DNA of 64,000 nt from positions 191,580,001 to 191,644,000 of the forward strand of contig NC_042997.1 of assembly GCF_006345805.1 (NCBI RefSeq), in the 5' to 3' direction. This DNA is from Octopus sinensis (lineage: Eukaryota). The translations under genes and the position numbers were made by a program. This document shows positions 39,508 through 52,944 of the stretch, piece after piece. Position 1 is the stretch's first letter; each line of letters starts with the position of its first letter. Under the pieces are notes generated by a model. It made no database searches. It worked only from the letters and a program-made list of their open reading frames with translations, and was not told the DNA's origin.

Positions 39508-41671
39508 TGTAATAGCAGCACTGTGATTTTAAAATATACACGATGCACTTGATATTATTTTCTTTTTAACCACATGAACAATAAGTGGTGTTAATTGAAA
39601 ATACCAATTCTTAAATTTAAGAAGCAAGTTAAAAATGTTATGAATTTCATTCTAGAGAGGGTTTAATCATGAATATATGTACTTCCATATAAGGAAATTA
39701 TCTTTCCAGAGAGATGCTTCCTATCTACTTCTAAAAATATTTTTTATTGGCAAAAGAGAAAACTTCACTTTTAAATAATACTTGCAGTGTATTATTAGAT
39801 TTCAAATCTATAATAGCTAACTACATATTTGTATTAAGGTCATCAACATTTACTTCAGATTGATTTTGAAACAACAGAAATACATTTTCATTGCTTATCT
39901 TCTGTTGAATTCGTTTTGTAACAGAATTATATTACCAACTCAGAATGTTTACTAGGAAAATTTAGATTACATTGGTACAATGTTTTACAAAACTTTGCAG
40001 CACTACAAATGGAAAAAATGTATGTGTGTGCGTGCGTGTGTGTGGGCATGCATGTGTGCATTATACAGTACTAATTCTTTTTGAGCATCAGTTTATATCA
40101 TGAGCTCCAAGATGTTGAAAAGTATAGCAGGAAAGAAAACAAGACTCAACTGCCATCTTCAAAGTGGCAATGTTTGATATGGAAATAAGGAATACATGGA
40201 AATTCCATACAGTGTACCAAATGTAAACTATGAGTACTCAAAAAATGAAGTAAGATCAAAGGCAGGCTGACAAAGTCTTATTATGAAAGAAAACACAGTT
40301 TGTATATAGCAGAGCCATGACTGTAGAGCACAGTAAAAAAAAAAACATGAAATAATATTTTTTACTTATTACAAAACACTCCTAGTTTCTAGTTGGAGGT
40401 AATCAAGTATAGCACTATTTCATTCTTTTTAGAAATCATCAGCATGACATAACCTGTGACTTATAAAACATTTTACAAAGTGACACATTTCATTAAAGAT
40501 GAAAATAATTACAATTTGGAGAAAATTCATTGACTGCAGTATCCCCCCACCCACCCATCTTTTTGATAAAATAGTAGTAGTTTAGGAATCAAGAGAAAAT
40601 AAAAGAGAACATTATGAGTTTTTACATACAGAATAATACTGGTTTCCAGTAATAAAATAACATGACTTCAATTAAGTTAGCATAGACCACACACACACAC
40701 ATTGGCAAAAATAGGAGTCAAGAAATCCCCGAGCCTTGTCTTGTTGAAGACATGTAAAGTGATTGATAAGAAGGGCATCCAGCAGTAGAAGTCATATCAA
40801 ACTGAACATTCAAATAAGATGTAGCCTACCAACCTATATCTAAGGACAATAACTATAAATCAGCGCTAACTCAGATTGTGACAACCTTTCCAACAAATAT
40901 CTGCATGAAAAGCAGACAAAAAACAATAATGATAATGAAGGTGACACCAATGACACTGAATTTCCATGTTAAGGAGAGTGAGAGAGGAAAATAGATAAAG
41001 ATAAATATGTAATTATTGATTAGATGGTGCTGTTGTTATATTGCTTATCATGTCCAAATATATAATTTATATATTCTGACTCTAAATATCTATGTTAGCA
41101 TGCCCGTGCAGCCAATACACATTAATGAACAGATAGGACATGTCTTCTCTCTTATATCAAACTATCAGTGTTGTCACAACATTGGTAAACAATTCCCAAT
41201 TCTTGTTAATCAATTCTTTTATGTTTCCAAAAATATATTACTTCAGAAATTTTTGCCTGATTCCATGAATGAAAATAAGTCTATGGCTCAGCTTATCACT
41301 TTCATTTGTCAATTGAGAGTGAGAAATATGAAAAAATCATGCACTTCTCTAAGCAGAAAACATGATCTGCATTGAAACTGTTCTTAAAGATAAACTTACT
41401 TCTGCAAATATAATAAATGTACCTGGTAAACCTGTTCAATATATTTGGACATAGGTGTTCAACCATTACTAGAAAAAGCCCTGTGTGTGTGGGTATACAC
41501 AAACACACAGCAGGTTTCTTTCAGTTTCTATCTATCAAATACACTTGCAGGGTCTTGGTCAGCCTGAAGCTATAGAATACACTTGCCAAAGTGCTACAGG
41601 GTAGACTGAGTACAAGACCACATGGTTGGGAAGCAAGCTTCTTAACCACACAACCCAACCTGTGTGTGTGA

Positions 41672-41963
41672 GGAGGCACAATGGCCCAGTGGTTAGGGCA
41701 GCGGACTCGCAGGATTACGGTTTCAATTCCCAGACCGTGCGTTGTGTTTATTGAGCGAAAACACCTAAAGCTCCATGAGGCTCTGGCAGGGGGTGGTGGC
41801 GATCCCTGCTGTACTCTTTCACCACAACTTTCTCTCACTCTTTCTTCTGTTGGCCTGCTCACTTAGCCAGTGGGGTGGCATCATTTGAAGGCTAAAACAA
41901 CGCAAAGCGCATTGTGACCAGCGATTTGTAGCAACATCTGATAGCCTGGTCGGTCACGGTGAT
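41672..41963 (+). mobile_element. tRNA-derived SINE (family D)
   Basis: tggcccagtggttagggcagcggactcgc A-box and anticodon-like arm, gtttcaattccc B-box, GC-rich body. Confidence 0.8.
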
Positions 41964-43833
41964 ATACATATATATATTGTACATATATAAAACATTAAAA
42001 TATCACACTAAATACTTTACCAATCATTAAAATTCATGTGCACTATATAAGGTAACGTGCTCCAATCAAAAAGCCCTAGGTCTCAAGCAAAATAGCTTTC
42101 TTACTCTTGACTGTGTCACACAATACTTCTTTACTCTGAATTTTGCATTGCCAACTGTATACTCATTTAAGTAAATTTTATATGTGTTATGACATTGGGA
42201 AGAGTATCCAGCCATAGAAACCATGTCAGAGTAAACAGTGGGAGCATGATGAGGTCCTTGGACTGATAAGTCCTGTGAGCATGGAACACAGACATTAAAC
42301 AATGATGATGATGAATGAAATCCAAATACAGAGAAGCAAATTACAAAATGTGATAAGTATAGCAATACCAAGCTAGCTTTAGTATAGTGACACCTGTGAT
42401 AACATTACCTGCACTAAGCTGCCACATTTATTTTTTAAATAAATACTTAGGTTTGTCAATTAATGCAGATATACCTGTATTAAAATACTTCCTTTTTAAA
42501 GGTCCAGTATGAGGCCAATTAATAAACAACTGACTGCAGTTTCAAAAGGGATTTTTTTTTAAAAAGAAGCTGTATAAATATTGGCAAAGAGATTATTATT
42601 AGCAAAATTTTCAATAATAAGTTTCACACATTAGCACAATGAAAAGCTGACTACATGAATCATTTTGACTAGCAGCTAAAACCTGACTTTGTGAGGAAAT
42701 CTAATTAGTCGAAATACAATGCTAATAGTAATCTACTGAGCTATTGTTAACAGTAACTATACAAGAAAAAGCAATGCATTGAGTGAAAAAATATATCATT
42801 TCTGCTAACAATATTACTTATAAATTAATTAAATTGTTGGTATATTGTAGTCCATCAACAAGAGAACAACTCGCCAAACATAATCACAGACATAGGTACT
42901 AGCAGTAAATAGTCTGCTCAATCGAAGATGGTTCAGAGCATACTTAACAACAACAACACTAATACCACATTGGAAATCTATATGATTACAAATTTCATCA
43001 AGCCGGGTAACCTCTGGTCTTGATCAACAGCTTTCTCTCCATTACCAGGGTTTGGGCGCACTTCAGTCAGTTGACACCCCACCCCCACTTAACCCTGTAT
43101 AAATTTCTAGTGCATGATATTTACACCCACCCACATGCGCGTGTTGAGGCAGCTGTAGTCTATTAAACAGGATCTAGTAAATATTACTTGCAGTCCAATG
43201 GTGGGATAAAATGCTATGTCAAAACTGACTGGCAGGATTAGAACTCAGTCATTTATCAATGAACTCAATTACTGTTCAGCATGTTACCTCTGTGCTACCC
43301 TTACAATCCTAATAATATCACAATAAATTGTATTAAGATAACAGCAATTAATAATAGTTTCAAACTTTGGCAAAAGGCCAGTAATTTCAGGGAGTGGAGG
43401 TGAGGTGCATGATTTATATATTTTATGATTTAAAGCTAAACAAAATTTCACATTATATATTTGAGGGGATTGATAAAACTACTGCAAGATGGTCTAATCT
43501 ACAAGATTAATCCATGAAAATTACCTAAAAGAAAATTTAATAAAGAGTTTCATAGATTTAATCATAAGACCAAGAGGAAGGAGGAGTTGCCATTGATAGA
43601 TAAGGAAATATGCATGTTTGGACAGGTTTTATGTAATCCTTGTCTGCCTGGGTAACAGAATCCTCCTTTCAGCTTCATGGGTGTTTTACTTTTTATAATG
43701 GTCTTTTAACTTTAACTGGCATCTGATCAATTATGATGATGAGGGCTCCAGTTGAACCAATCAATAAAAATGCCTGCTTTCATGAAATTAACATGCAAGT
43801 GGCTGAGCACTCCACTGACATGCATACCCTTAA

Positions 43834-44055
43834 CCCTTTCGTTACCAATCCGGCTGAAACCAGCTCTAGCTCTGTAGTACAAATGTCTGGTTTTCATAAG
43901 TTTTGAATTAAAATCTCCCACCAAACTTTAGTCACAATTTATGTTCCTAACACTAGCTGAATGATAACTAAGTTATTTTACAAAATTCTTTTGTTATATT
44001 TAAAGTAACTGAAAGAAACACAGAGCATCTCAAAATAAATACAGCAACAAAAGGG
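43834..44055. mobile_element. piggyBac-type MITE family 1 inserted in a family C-like SINE
   Basis: TTAA|CCCTTTCGTTAC ... GCAACAAAAGGG|TTAA. Confidence 0.9.
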
Positions 44056-46004
44056 TTAATGTAGTTCTCAGGGAAATTCAGATATAAAACATTGTGAAAA
44101 GGCTGGTCCTTTGAAATACAGGTACTCCTCTTTTTTACCAGCTGAGTGGATTGGAACATCATGAAATAAAATAACTTGCTGAAGGGCACAACATGCCACC
44201 TGGAATCAAACTCATGACCTTACAATCATAAGTCAAATATCTTAACCACAAAGCCACACACCTTCACTTTCAACCTTATATTAAAGCAGTACAGAATGTA
44301 TCTATCGAACTTGACAGCATTTGTATATTTATTAAGACATCTACAAATCAGATGAAAGCCTTTGGCAGGCAGATCTGCTTTAGACCAGTGAGTTTTCACC
44401 TGAAGTTTGTTGGCCATTCACATATTTCTAACAGTAACAGGATTCTAACAATATCAACAGCTATGAAGGCAGAATAACCTTAGGATGAAAGGTTGTTAAG
44501 TAACCATAAATAGTCTGCTCATTCAAAGATGATTCAGGGATTACATAACAACAACACTCTGGCAGAAACCTAACTTGCACAGACTGATTAGAAGACCAGG
44601 ATAATATCACATTGGAAATCTATACAATTACATCATCATGAATAAGATAGCTACATAGATAAGGTATTGACTACTTGCTCAAAAGCTTTGGATTCAAATC
44701 TGCTGCAGATGACTGCACATACGTTTAACAAGAATACGCACGAGATCATCTAGGAATACTACCTACAGTAGATTTGCAGCCTATCCAGAGACATTTGTTA
44801 TCCGCTTAATGCCCTTGTTAAGTGGCATTAAGAGACATTTTTACATTATAACGTTTGCTGTGAGAGAGAGACAGGGTTGTGAAGAGTTCATGCAGCAGTG
44901 AATTTCAGAGAAAAATGAAGAGGAGTGAAGAACAACAGAGATGATGGAGACGACTACAAGTCCTGAAGAGGACAGTTTAATGTTAAAACAACAAAAGAAT
45001 TAAGTGCAATTAGGGTGTGTCTCAGTAAAGATTTTTCTATCAAGTAAACAAGAGCACACTGACTTGGGCTACTAACAAAACATTGTGTTATATCAAAATT
45101 TCTTTCGAAAATATCATACCCTTTCTTTCGCTGAATCTGCCTGGCTAATACTTCTAGCATCTAGCACAGCGCATTGTAGATACTTGTTCTTATTGATCCT
45201 AGAGAGATGAAAGTCAGAAACTGAAAGCATCCAAACATTACTGTAACAATCAGTCTGACATCAACACCGAGCCAATGTCCGATTATAATATAATATGGTA
45301 TGGAAAGACTAAAGCCAAAAATGAAAAAAGAAAATAAGAAAAGTTCCAGACCCAGGTAAAGTGAAAATGTTAGTATCTAATCTAGTCTGTTGCAGCTAAG
45401 AGTTTGATACCACTGAATTGAATAAGTCTTTTATGAGGCAATGATCTTCTGAGGATTATTAGATCTTAGCCAATAATAATAACATTAGAGATTTGGTAGC
45501 TAAAAAGCTTTTTGGCCAATCATCAGCAATTTGGTACACCAGCTTAGAAGAAAAATAATAGAAAAAAAACATACCCTAGATGAAAATTTCTTATTAAAAA
45601 AAACAAACAAGAAAGAAATCTTTCTAAAATGTATGCAACACTTCAAACTGAAAGTGACTGCAATAATAGTAGGTAGTTGAAAACAAGTATGTATATTAAC
45701 ACCCACACACCAGTTTTAATGTCCACAATTATAATGCTAAAAAAAACTGCTGAGTGTCTCAAATCTTTATCATCTTCCACCTAATCTATGACATCCAATG
45801 TTCTCAACTCGGTTTCAGCCATTTCTTCTGAAGTCATATCTTTAAGTGGGTTATCTTCCCTCAAGTTATTGCACTTTTTCACCAGGCATGTAACCTTTAT
45901 TTATTACTAGGGCCATTCAAAAAAACAATTTCCATTATACATATATCAGTGTCAGTTTACCAACCACTTACTTTCTTTGTACCCATATAAACATACACAC
46001 ACAT

Positions 46005-46041
<37 letters not shown>

Positions 46042-48025
46042 AAAAGACTGTGTTAGACAATGTTTAAATATTGCCACATGGGACACCTGGTATGTTATTT
46101 TCTCTGTCTTTATAGCTTTTTTCTATTCTAAACTTATAATTTTCCCATGAATTACCAGTTTCATTTATAGATTTGTTGGTTTTCACAGCCAGGTACTTTT
46201 CCTGGCACAAATTACCTTAAGAAAACATCAAAATGATAAATGGTTATTTTGTTTTTTTTCATCAACCTCTTCAAGCCTTGCTGTCAGCCTGTTGGCTAGA
46301 TAGGCTACAGACAATGTTTCAGATCTAAGTCAGGCAATAATGGAAAGCTAATTCAACCAAAGTAGGGTTTGAACCAATTACTTTGAAATAGTAACATTTC
46401 CTTTACAACTTAATATAATATGCTTTTGAGGCATATTGTACATCAACTGGCCCTACACTACTACATGGAACAAGATAGCATCACAAATGTATACCATACT
46501 TAGGCACGTCATTAACTTGCCTGAACATATTGTTTTATTGTATTTATATATATTCTGATTGTGAACTAATTAGAATCTCTCCTAAAGCTTTGAGGAGTTT
46601 ATTATAGGCCAGTATGAAGCTCTAGTTATATTGTATAAAGTGGGGTAGATATATATCCTACACTGAATAGGATTCCAGCCTACAAGTGATAACATTCCCT
46701 GAAGATTCAAAAGATATTCCTGACAACTGGGTGAACTTAGGCAATACTCAAAAAGAACAAAGCACCTGCAATGTATTTGAACTCACAACTCAATCTCAAC
46801 ACAACATAAAAGAGGAATTATTATTATTGCAAACTATTGAGTCTATCAAAGGAATACAGCTAAGCTTAGAGTATAAAAAAAAAAAAAAACTGCAAGTAGC
46901 AAAGATAAACAGTTGGTTTATCTGTCAAGGTCACAGATTAAAACAAATAGATTGTAGCTTTCTGTTATCTATTTGGCCATCCTACATCTACCTGTATGTT
47001 GAAGACTAGAAGTAGCTAAGTGAAAAGAAATCTATGATCACACTAACAAATGATGCTGCTAGCCTTATTCAGAATAGCTGTAAATAAGTAAACATGTTTG
47101 TGGGACACAGCAAATGCTGAGGTGTGTTTGTTATGTAATGGCACGCAATGGCTGTGAGGATAAGTAAGACAAAATCTCTGGACAAGACACAAATCTGCTG
47201 ACCCAGTTTGCCACATTGATAAAAACTTCCTCTTACTTCTCAGTTGAGTAGATTAGTTAAAGGAAAAGCATCCAGTTATGAAAACGATACCATCCCCCTC
47301 ATTCAAACATGAAGAAATAGATGTAAAACAGCAACCCAGAAAACACCTGCAAGGCACCAAACGAAATTTAGAGCAGCAAGTTTAGCTGTCTACTCTCGGC
47401 AATACCATACATCAAGAGAGAAGGGGAATGCAAGAAAGAAGAATGAGAGCATCTAGTTACTACAATAATATGCAAATGTCTAAATTTGAAAATAATCATA
47501 CTTGTTTTTAATATGAATACGTAATGTAAGTGGGATGTAAATAAACACGGAGCTAAACACTGTAATAATATCCTATAGCTCTTTTGACTATATAATATAC
47601 AAGAACTTGTATAATTTGAAGTTATTGAACCTGAGCGCCAACTGTCTGCCTAGCAGACTGGTTACCACAATTCATATTCCAATTACAAAAGAGGAAGTGT
47701 TATTATTGCAAAATAGTGTCAAGTCTATGAAAAGAATGCACCTAGCCCGAGATTCTGAAATGTGTGTAAGTAGCAAAGATAAACACTTGGTTTAACTGTC
47801 AAGGTCACAGATTAAAACAATAAGTTGTCTTTTATCTTTTATCTATTCCAGTCATTCGACTGAGGCCATGCTGGGGCACAGTCTTGAAGAAATTTTAGTC
47901 AAATAAATTGATCCCAGTACCCTCTTTTTTGTTTTTAGCACGATGCTTATTCTATTGGTTTCTTTTGCTGAACCATTAAATTATGGGGATGCAAACATAC
48001 CAACACCAGTTATCAAGCAGTGGTA

Positions 48026-48080
<55 letters not shown>

Positions 48081-48085
48081 TATAG

Positions 48086-48457
48086 GGTTATATCACCACA
48101 ATTAAAAAATTGGGTTATCTCCCCACCCCATTTTATGAAAAATATCGGTATTTTTGGTTATCTTCCCAACTAAAAAAATTGTTTAACTCTCAATAAAACA
48201 AAACAAAAAAATGAAAAAAATAAACATGAAAACTAAAAAGATTAAACATCTTATTGAATCTAATAACATTTTTATAACAAATCATACCATGCCTATTGAG
48301 GGGGCCAAAAGTCAATGTGTTGAAGTACTGAATCAAAAGCATCTAAACCCTTTTAATCTAATCTCGTCACCTCATAAACTCAATTTTTTTAGTGGGGAGA
48401 CAACCCAATTTTTTAATGGAAATTTTTTAATGGGGGAAAAGATAACCAAAAAGTACC
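48086..48457. mobile_element. MITE with GG...CC termini and subterminal repeats (Merlin-like)
   Basis: 8-bp TSD agatatag; unit ggttatcTccccactaaaaaaatt three times on the left and inverted on the right. Confidence 0.65.
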
Positions 48458-48615
48458 AGATATAGATATATAGATGATGGGCTGCTTTCAGTTTCTGTCT
48501 ACCAAATCTACTCACAAGGCTTTGGTCAACAGGAGGCTACAGTAGAAGACACTTGCCGAAAGTGTCACATAGTGGGTCTGAAGCTGTAACAGTGTGGTTG
48601 GAAAGCAGACTTCTT

Positions 48616-49167
48616 TATTATATCAAATTGGCCATGAAGGCCTTACAGAGAAGCAATGCGGCTGGATATATACATTAATGAGATGAAAATGACAAATACA
48701 AATGATGTAAATGGGAAGGGTATTTGGTGCCTGCAGACTGAACACCCTTCGATATCACAGGTTCTTTTATTACATAAAAATCAAAAAGTCAATCAAACAT
48801 CAAAAATACACTATCACTTTTCCCTTCCTCCTCCTTCCGAACTCCCAGTCAAATACCTAGCCGCCTGCAGAGCAGACCGCATTGACAACCGGGAGTTCAG
48901 AAGGAAGAAGGTGAAGTGCCTTTTATCAAATGTTTGTGTCGCACTGTGTCACAATTTATAACTCACCACCTCCGCAGTTACCTGCGGAGGCCACCTTGAA
49001 CTGCTTGAGCACGCCGAGAACACCCGTTCTCGGTCGCCCAAGCCACTCAGGTATTCATTGTCAAGCACCCTCTCAAGATAAAGGAGGATAAAATCCTCCT
49101 CCTCTTCGGCGTGGAGGGGTGTTTCTGTCTGCTCTATCAGTGGCAAAACTCCCACTGACAGAACCTC
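48616..49167 (-). mobile_element. 5'-truncated retro-insertion of unknown source with an interrupted ORF and dense hairpins
   Basis: TSD gcaRacttctt (48605-48615 and 49168-49178); frame 49167-48814 with one internal TGA; 3' end ggcc-ttcat-ggcc ... ataataaagaa. Confidence 0.8.
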
Positions 49168-49757
49168 GCAAACTTCTTACCACACAGCCATACCCGCACC
49201 TATCTTAGAAGTTAAAAAAAAAACCATCTCAAAAACTTTATAATTTAATTCAACAAAGAAATGACTATAAGTACACAATCTTGTATCACTGAAACATTAA
49301 TAAACTAGCAAATTGATTTTTTTTTTTATTATTGCCTGTGGCTCTACACCTGAGCCTAATAGCAACAATATCTTATTTTCTGCAATCTACTTATCCACGC
49401 TCATATGTCAAATATAGAGAAACAAGTTGTGTTTGTTAAAACATACAAGAACAAGATCAACATGGAATATTCTGATAGAATACACACTTTCTAATAATGA
49501 TGCCAGCAAACTGTGAAATACAAAAAGAAGCTAAGCAATAACTTCACACTTCAACCATTCCAATGCTCTCTAATGAAATAATAAAACTGTTGCATCTAAA
49601 TTCAAACTAAAACTTGGTAATTGATTTAAAAGACATGACTATCGTACATGGTAATTGATGTTATAGATATGACTTAGCTATACAAAGGAGAAAATGCCAA
49701 GAAATATTTTCTCATGGTAGAGAAATACAATTTTTGTTCAGCAAAGAGCTTCCATTC

Positions 49758-49788
<31 letters not shown>

Positions 49789-50636
49789 TGCATATGCATA
49801 TGTGTGTGTGTGCATGCATATGCATATGTGTGTGTGACTGGAAAACAGGGGTGGGGGCTAAGTATGAGAGTATTATGCTGGCATGAAAGCAAATTTATAA
49901 GAAAACGGTAAAAAGTCATTATTTAAAAAGGCATGTAGCTTTCTTTCAAATAATATTTAAAAAATTAACATTTGACTCTATACATTAGTCTCGTATCAGT
50001 TTTTGTATCATATGTTGATTCAGTTTATAATATTCATCTTCAGAAAATGTTTTCCTTATTAAAAAGTATAACTGATCAAAGTAGTTTTTCTTTCAAATTA
50101 AAGGAGAAAGAAGTAGAAAAAGAAAATCTATAGGATTCAAAACGTTTATCTTTTTAATCTATATAAAATACAATGTTGGAACATGTAGTATAATGATGTT
50201 GTGCTAAAGGCCATATATGAAGCTTCCACGTTTCAGGAAACAAATTCAGATTTTTGCTCTTTTCATTAAATCAATAGAATAAAATTAAGAGAATTATTAC
50301 ATTTGATTTCTTAAAGTAATTTCAAACGAAAACTCATAGGTGTACATATGCGTATGTACATGTGTATGTGTGTATGCAAATGTATGTATGTGTGTGGACA
50401 GACCCATTCAACCTATGCAAGCATGGAAAAATGTATATAAAATGATTTTCTAAAATACAATTTCAAAAGCATTTGAAAATAATGTTTTCGATAAAAACAA
50501 TATTTTGTAAAAGCTTCAATGCTGCTATTTGAAAATATTATGTAAGTGAAAAGTAAAATAATCCATTACATTTTGCTCTCTTTAAGACACTTATTTTACA
50601 TACCAAATTTATGAAAATTTTTAACAAAGCAATACT

Positions 50637-51003
50637 CATCATCATCGTTTAACATCCATTTTCCGTGCTAGCACAGGTTGGACGGTTCGACCAGGGTCTG
50701 GGAAGCCAGGAGGCTGCCCCAGGCTCCAGTCTGGATGCCCTTCCTAATGCCAACCACTCCGTGAGTGTAGTGGCTGCTTTTTACTTGCCACCGGCACAAG
50801 TGCCAGGGAAAGCTGGCAGCAACCATGATCAGCTGGTGCTTTTTATGTGACACCGGCACAGAAGCCAGTCAAAGTGGCACTGGCATCAGCCATGTTGGGA
50901 TGGTGCTTTTTACGTGTCACCAGCACAGGTATCACAACTACAATTTCCATTTGATATTTATTTTGATGTTGATGTACTTGACTCAATAGGTCTCCTCAAG
51001 CAC
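50637..51003 (-). mobile_element. RTE LINE 3' UTR fragment
   Basis: Same terminus and three repeat units as the 7922 copy. Confidence 0.82.
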
Positions 51004-51221
51004 TACTGAAAATGACTATAGAAGACTTTCAGGATAAACAAGTAAATATAGTTTTAAATATAATTTTTAGATTTTAAATGACTGCAAGGAATAACAGACA
51101 TCAATGAGTGATATAGAATGAACCCAATAAGAAGAGGTAAACTGAAAAGCAACTAAACAGCAAGGTGTATCTGGCAAACAAGCTTAATTTTCTAGCTGTA
51201 GGCCTTTCTTTCATTAATAAT

Positions 51222-51941
51222 CGTGACCTGACTTTTCATCTGATGTCACTTCGTACATGTCTTTTAGTCCGACATCTTTTTGTCCAATTTTAAATAAACT
51301 CTTTAGAAAACAAGGTGAACATCAAAATCAAATAATCATTGAAAATTTTATTGATGGGATTCAAGTAAAACTCCGTGGAAAAATGTATTTAGAAAAAAAT
51401 CATTTTAAAAAAGTATTACGATATAACTAATGATTTAACAAATCTACATCAGTTGGATGAAGGTGCTCTTTATAAAAATAATTTTTGGCTTATTGTTTTC
51501 CGTTATGGTGTGAATTCACACTGAACACAGCCCACTTTTCTCACATCTCCAGTATTCTTTTCCTAGTTTTGTATTGCTTGAATGAAAACCGTAGATGTAA
51601 TTACTTTCATCAACTACTTTCCTTTTGTGTTTGGTCGATACTATGAACTTTGTCATTTTGGAATGGGTAAATTAAAAACGTGTACACTAAATTTGCAGCA
51701 TTCTCTATACACAACACCATATTTAAGAGGGAGAAAGTAAAACTGTTAACAGAGAAGGGAAAAGAATGATGATAATAACAATCCTATAATGAGGCTTGTT
51801 ATAGTTCTGTGAATATATCATTAGATATTTCACCTTGTTTTCTAAAGAGTTTATTTAACATTAGACAGAAAGTCATAGGACAAAAAGACATGGATGAAAA
51901 GTCTTTTGATGAAGTGACATCGGATGAAAAGACATAGCACC
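51222..51941 (-). mobile_element. Mutator-like (MULE) deletion derivative with a FLYWCH zinc-finger remnant
   Basis: TIRs of about 60 bp, 8-bp TSD ttaataat; from ATG 51656: MTKFIVSTKHKRKVVDESNYIYGFHSSNTKLGKEYWRCEKSGLCSV*IHT, then frameshift to KEHLHP. Confidence 0.82.
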
Positions 51942-52339
51942 TTAATAATATCTTCCATAAAAAGAAAATGTCCTCAAAGTCATGCTCAACTTGCAAGAGA
52001 TAACAGTCAAATCTTTTTCAAATTATATCCTACAGTTAACAAAAAAAAAAGCGGAAGGACACGCTGAATAACACATTGAATAAAAGATGGGATGGTCACA
52101 GACGGCACACCTTTGATAATGAGATTGCTAAATCAGGGCTGGGCTGGGTATTTAAACAACTATAAATATCCTTCAATCATAAATCACATACCTTTCTATA
52201 TATACCTAAGAAATGTGAACTAGAAAATAAAATAAGTTGCTACAATCAACTAAATGAAAACTTAAATTTTATCTTATTTGGAAGCATATAAACTGGATTT
52301 ATAGTAAAGAATTATGTGCAAACAATTCAACGAAGGACA

Positions 52340-52475
52340 ATTGCCACATGGCCTCAGACTTAACATGCAGGGCTACATCAAGTGCCTGGACGAGGTTGTG
52401 TTGCCCTGGGTCAAGAGGGTGGCTGCCAGGAACACCCTATGTCTGGCAACAGAACTCTGCACCATACCACACAAT
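52340..52475 (+). pseudogene. maT transposase fragment
   Basis: YIKCLDEVVLPWVKRVAA, frameshift, PYVWQQNSAPYHT; homologous to the 57765 ORF. Confidence 0.85.
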
Positions 52476-52944
52476 TGTCCCATCTGTAAATTGTCTTTTG
52501 TTGAATTGTCTGGCTACAGTAAAGAACAGATGATGAAAATATATTCTAAAGACTGATTTACATACAAAATATATTCTAAAGTGAACTGGTTTATCTTATT
52601 CACTCAAACCCTTAGTGAGTTTATAAGCAGTGTCCACAGACGAACAAGGAGGGTAAATGGTTGCTAATGAAATTCCAACATAGAATTATAAAAAAACAAA
52701 GTCAGATAAAATCTACAGCTGTATTGAGATACATTATAGTATTGAAATAAAACACTTAACACACCAGTGATTTATACCTCATTCAAGGACATCAGTGAAG
52801 TGATTATCTGACCAAGTATCAAAAATAAGTCACAATTTGACACACTGGCTGATAATGCAATGATTTTTCACTTTTATATTTATATATATATATAGCACAC
52901 TTAATGAGGTCCTAAAAGTGCTCAGCACACCATTAGCTTTTTAA

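Larger units (their letters stand above)
47828..49200 (-). mobile_element. SINE family A carrying two nested insertions
   Basis: Segments 47828-48078, 48466-48615 and 49168-49200 rejoin into one SINE. Confidence 0.85.

Noticed and set aside
41672-41740. tRNA gene
   Set aside because: SINE head only: incomplete cloverleaf that continues into the SINE body.
45120-45160. MLEVLARQIQRKK resembling L1 RT or a small exon
   Set aside because: Flanking RT motifs are absent and the match is too short to exceed chance.
48656-48961. Plus-strand 101-aa ORF or ambigrammatic coding in the insert
   Set aside because: Not codon-aligned with the minus frame; the aligned antisense frame has stops.
49110-49145. 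Hammerhead in the structured insert (minus CTGATAGAGCAGACAGAAAC)
   Set aside because: Core deviates from CUGANGA and there is no stem II.
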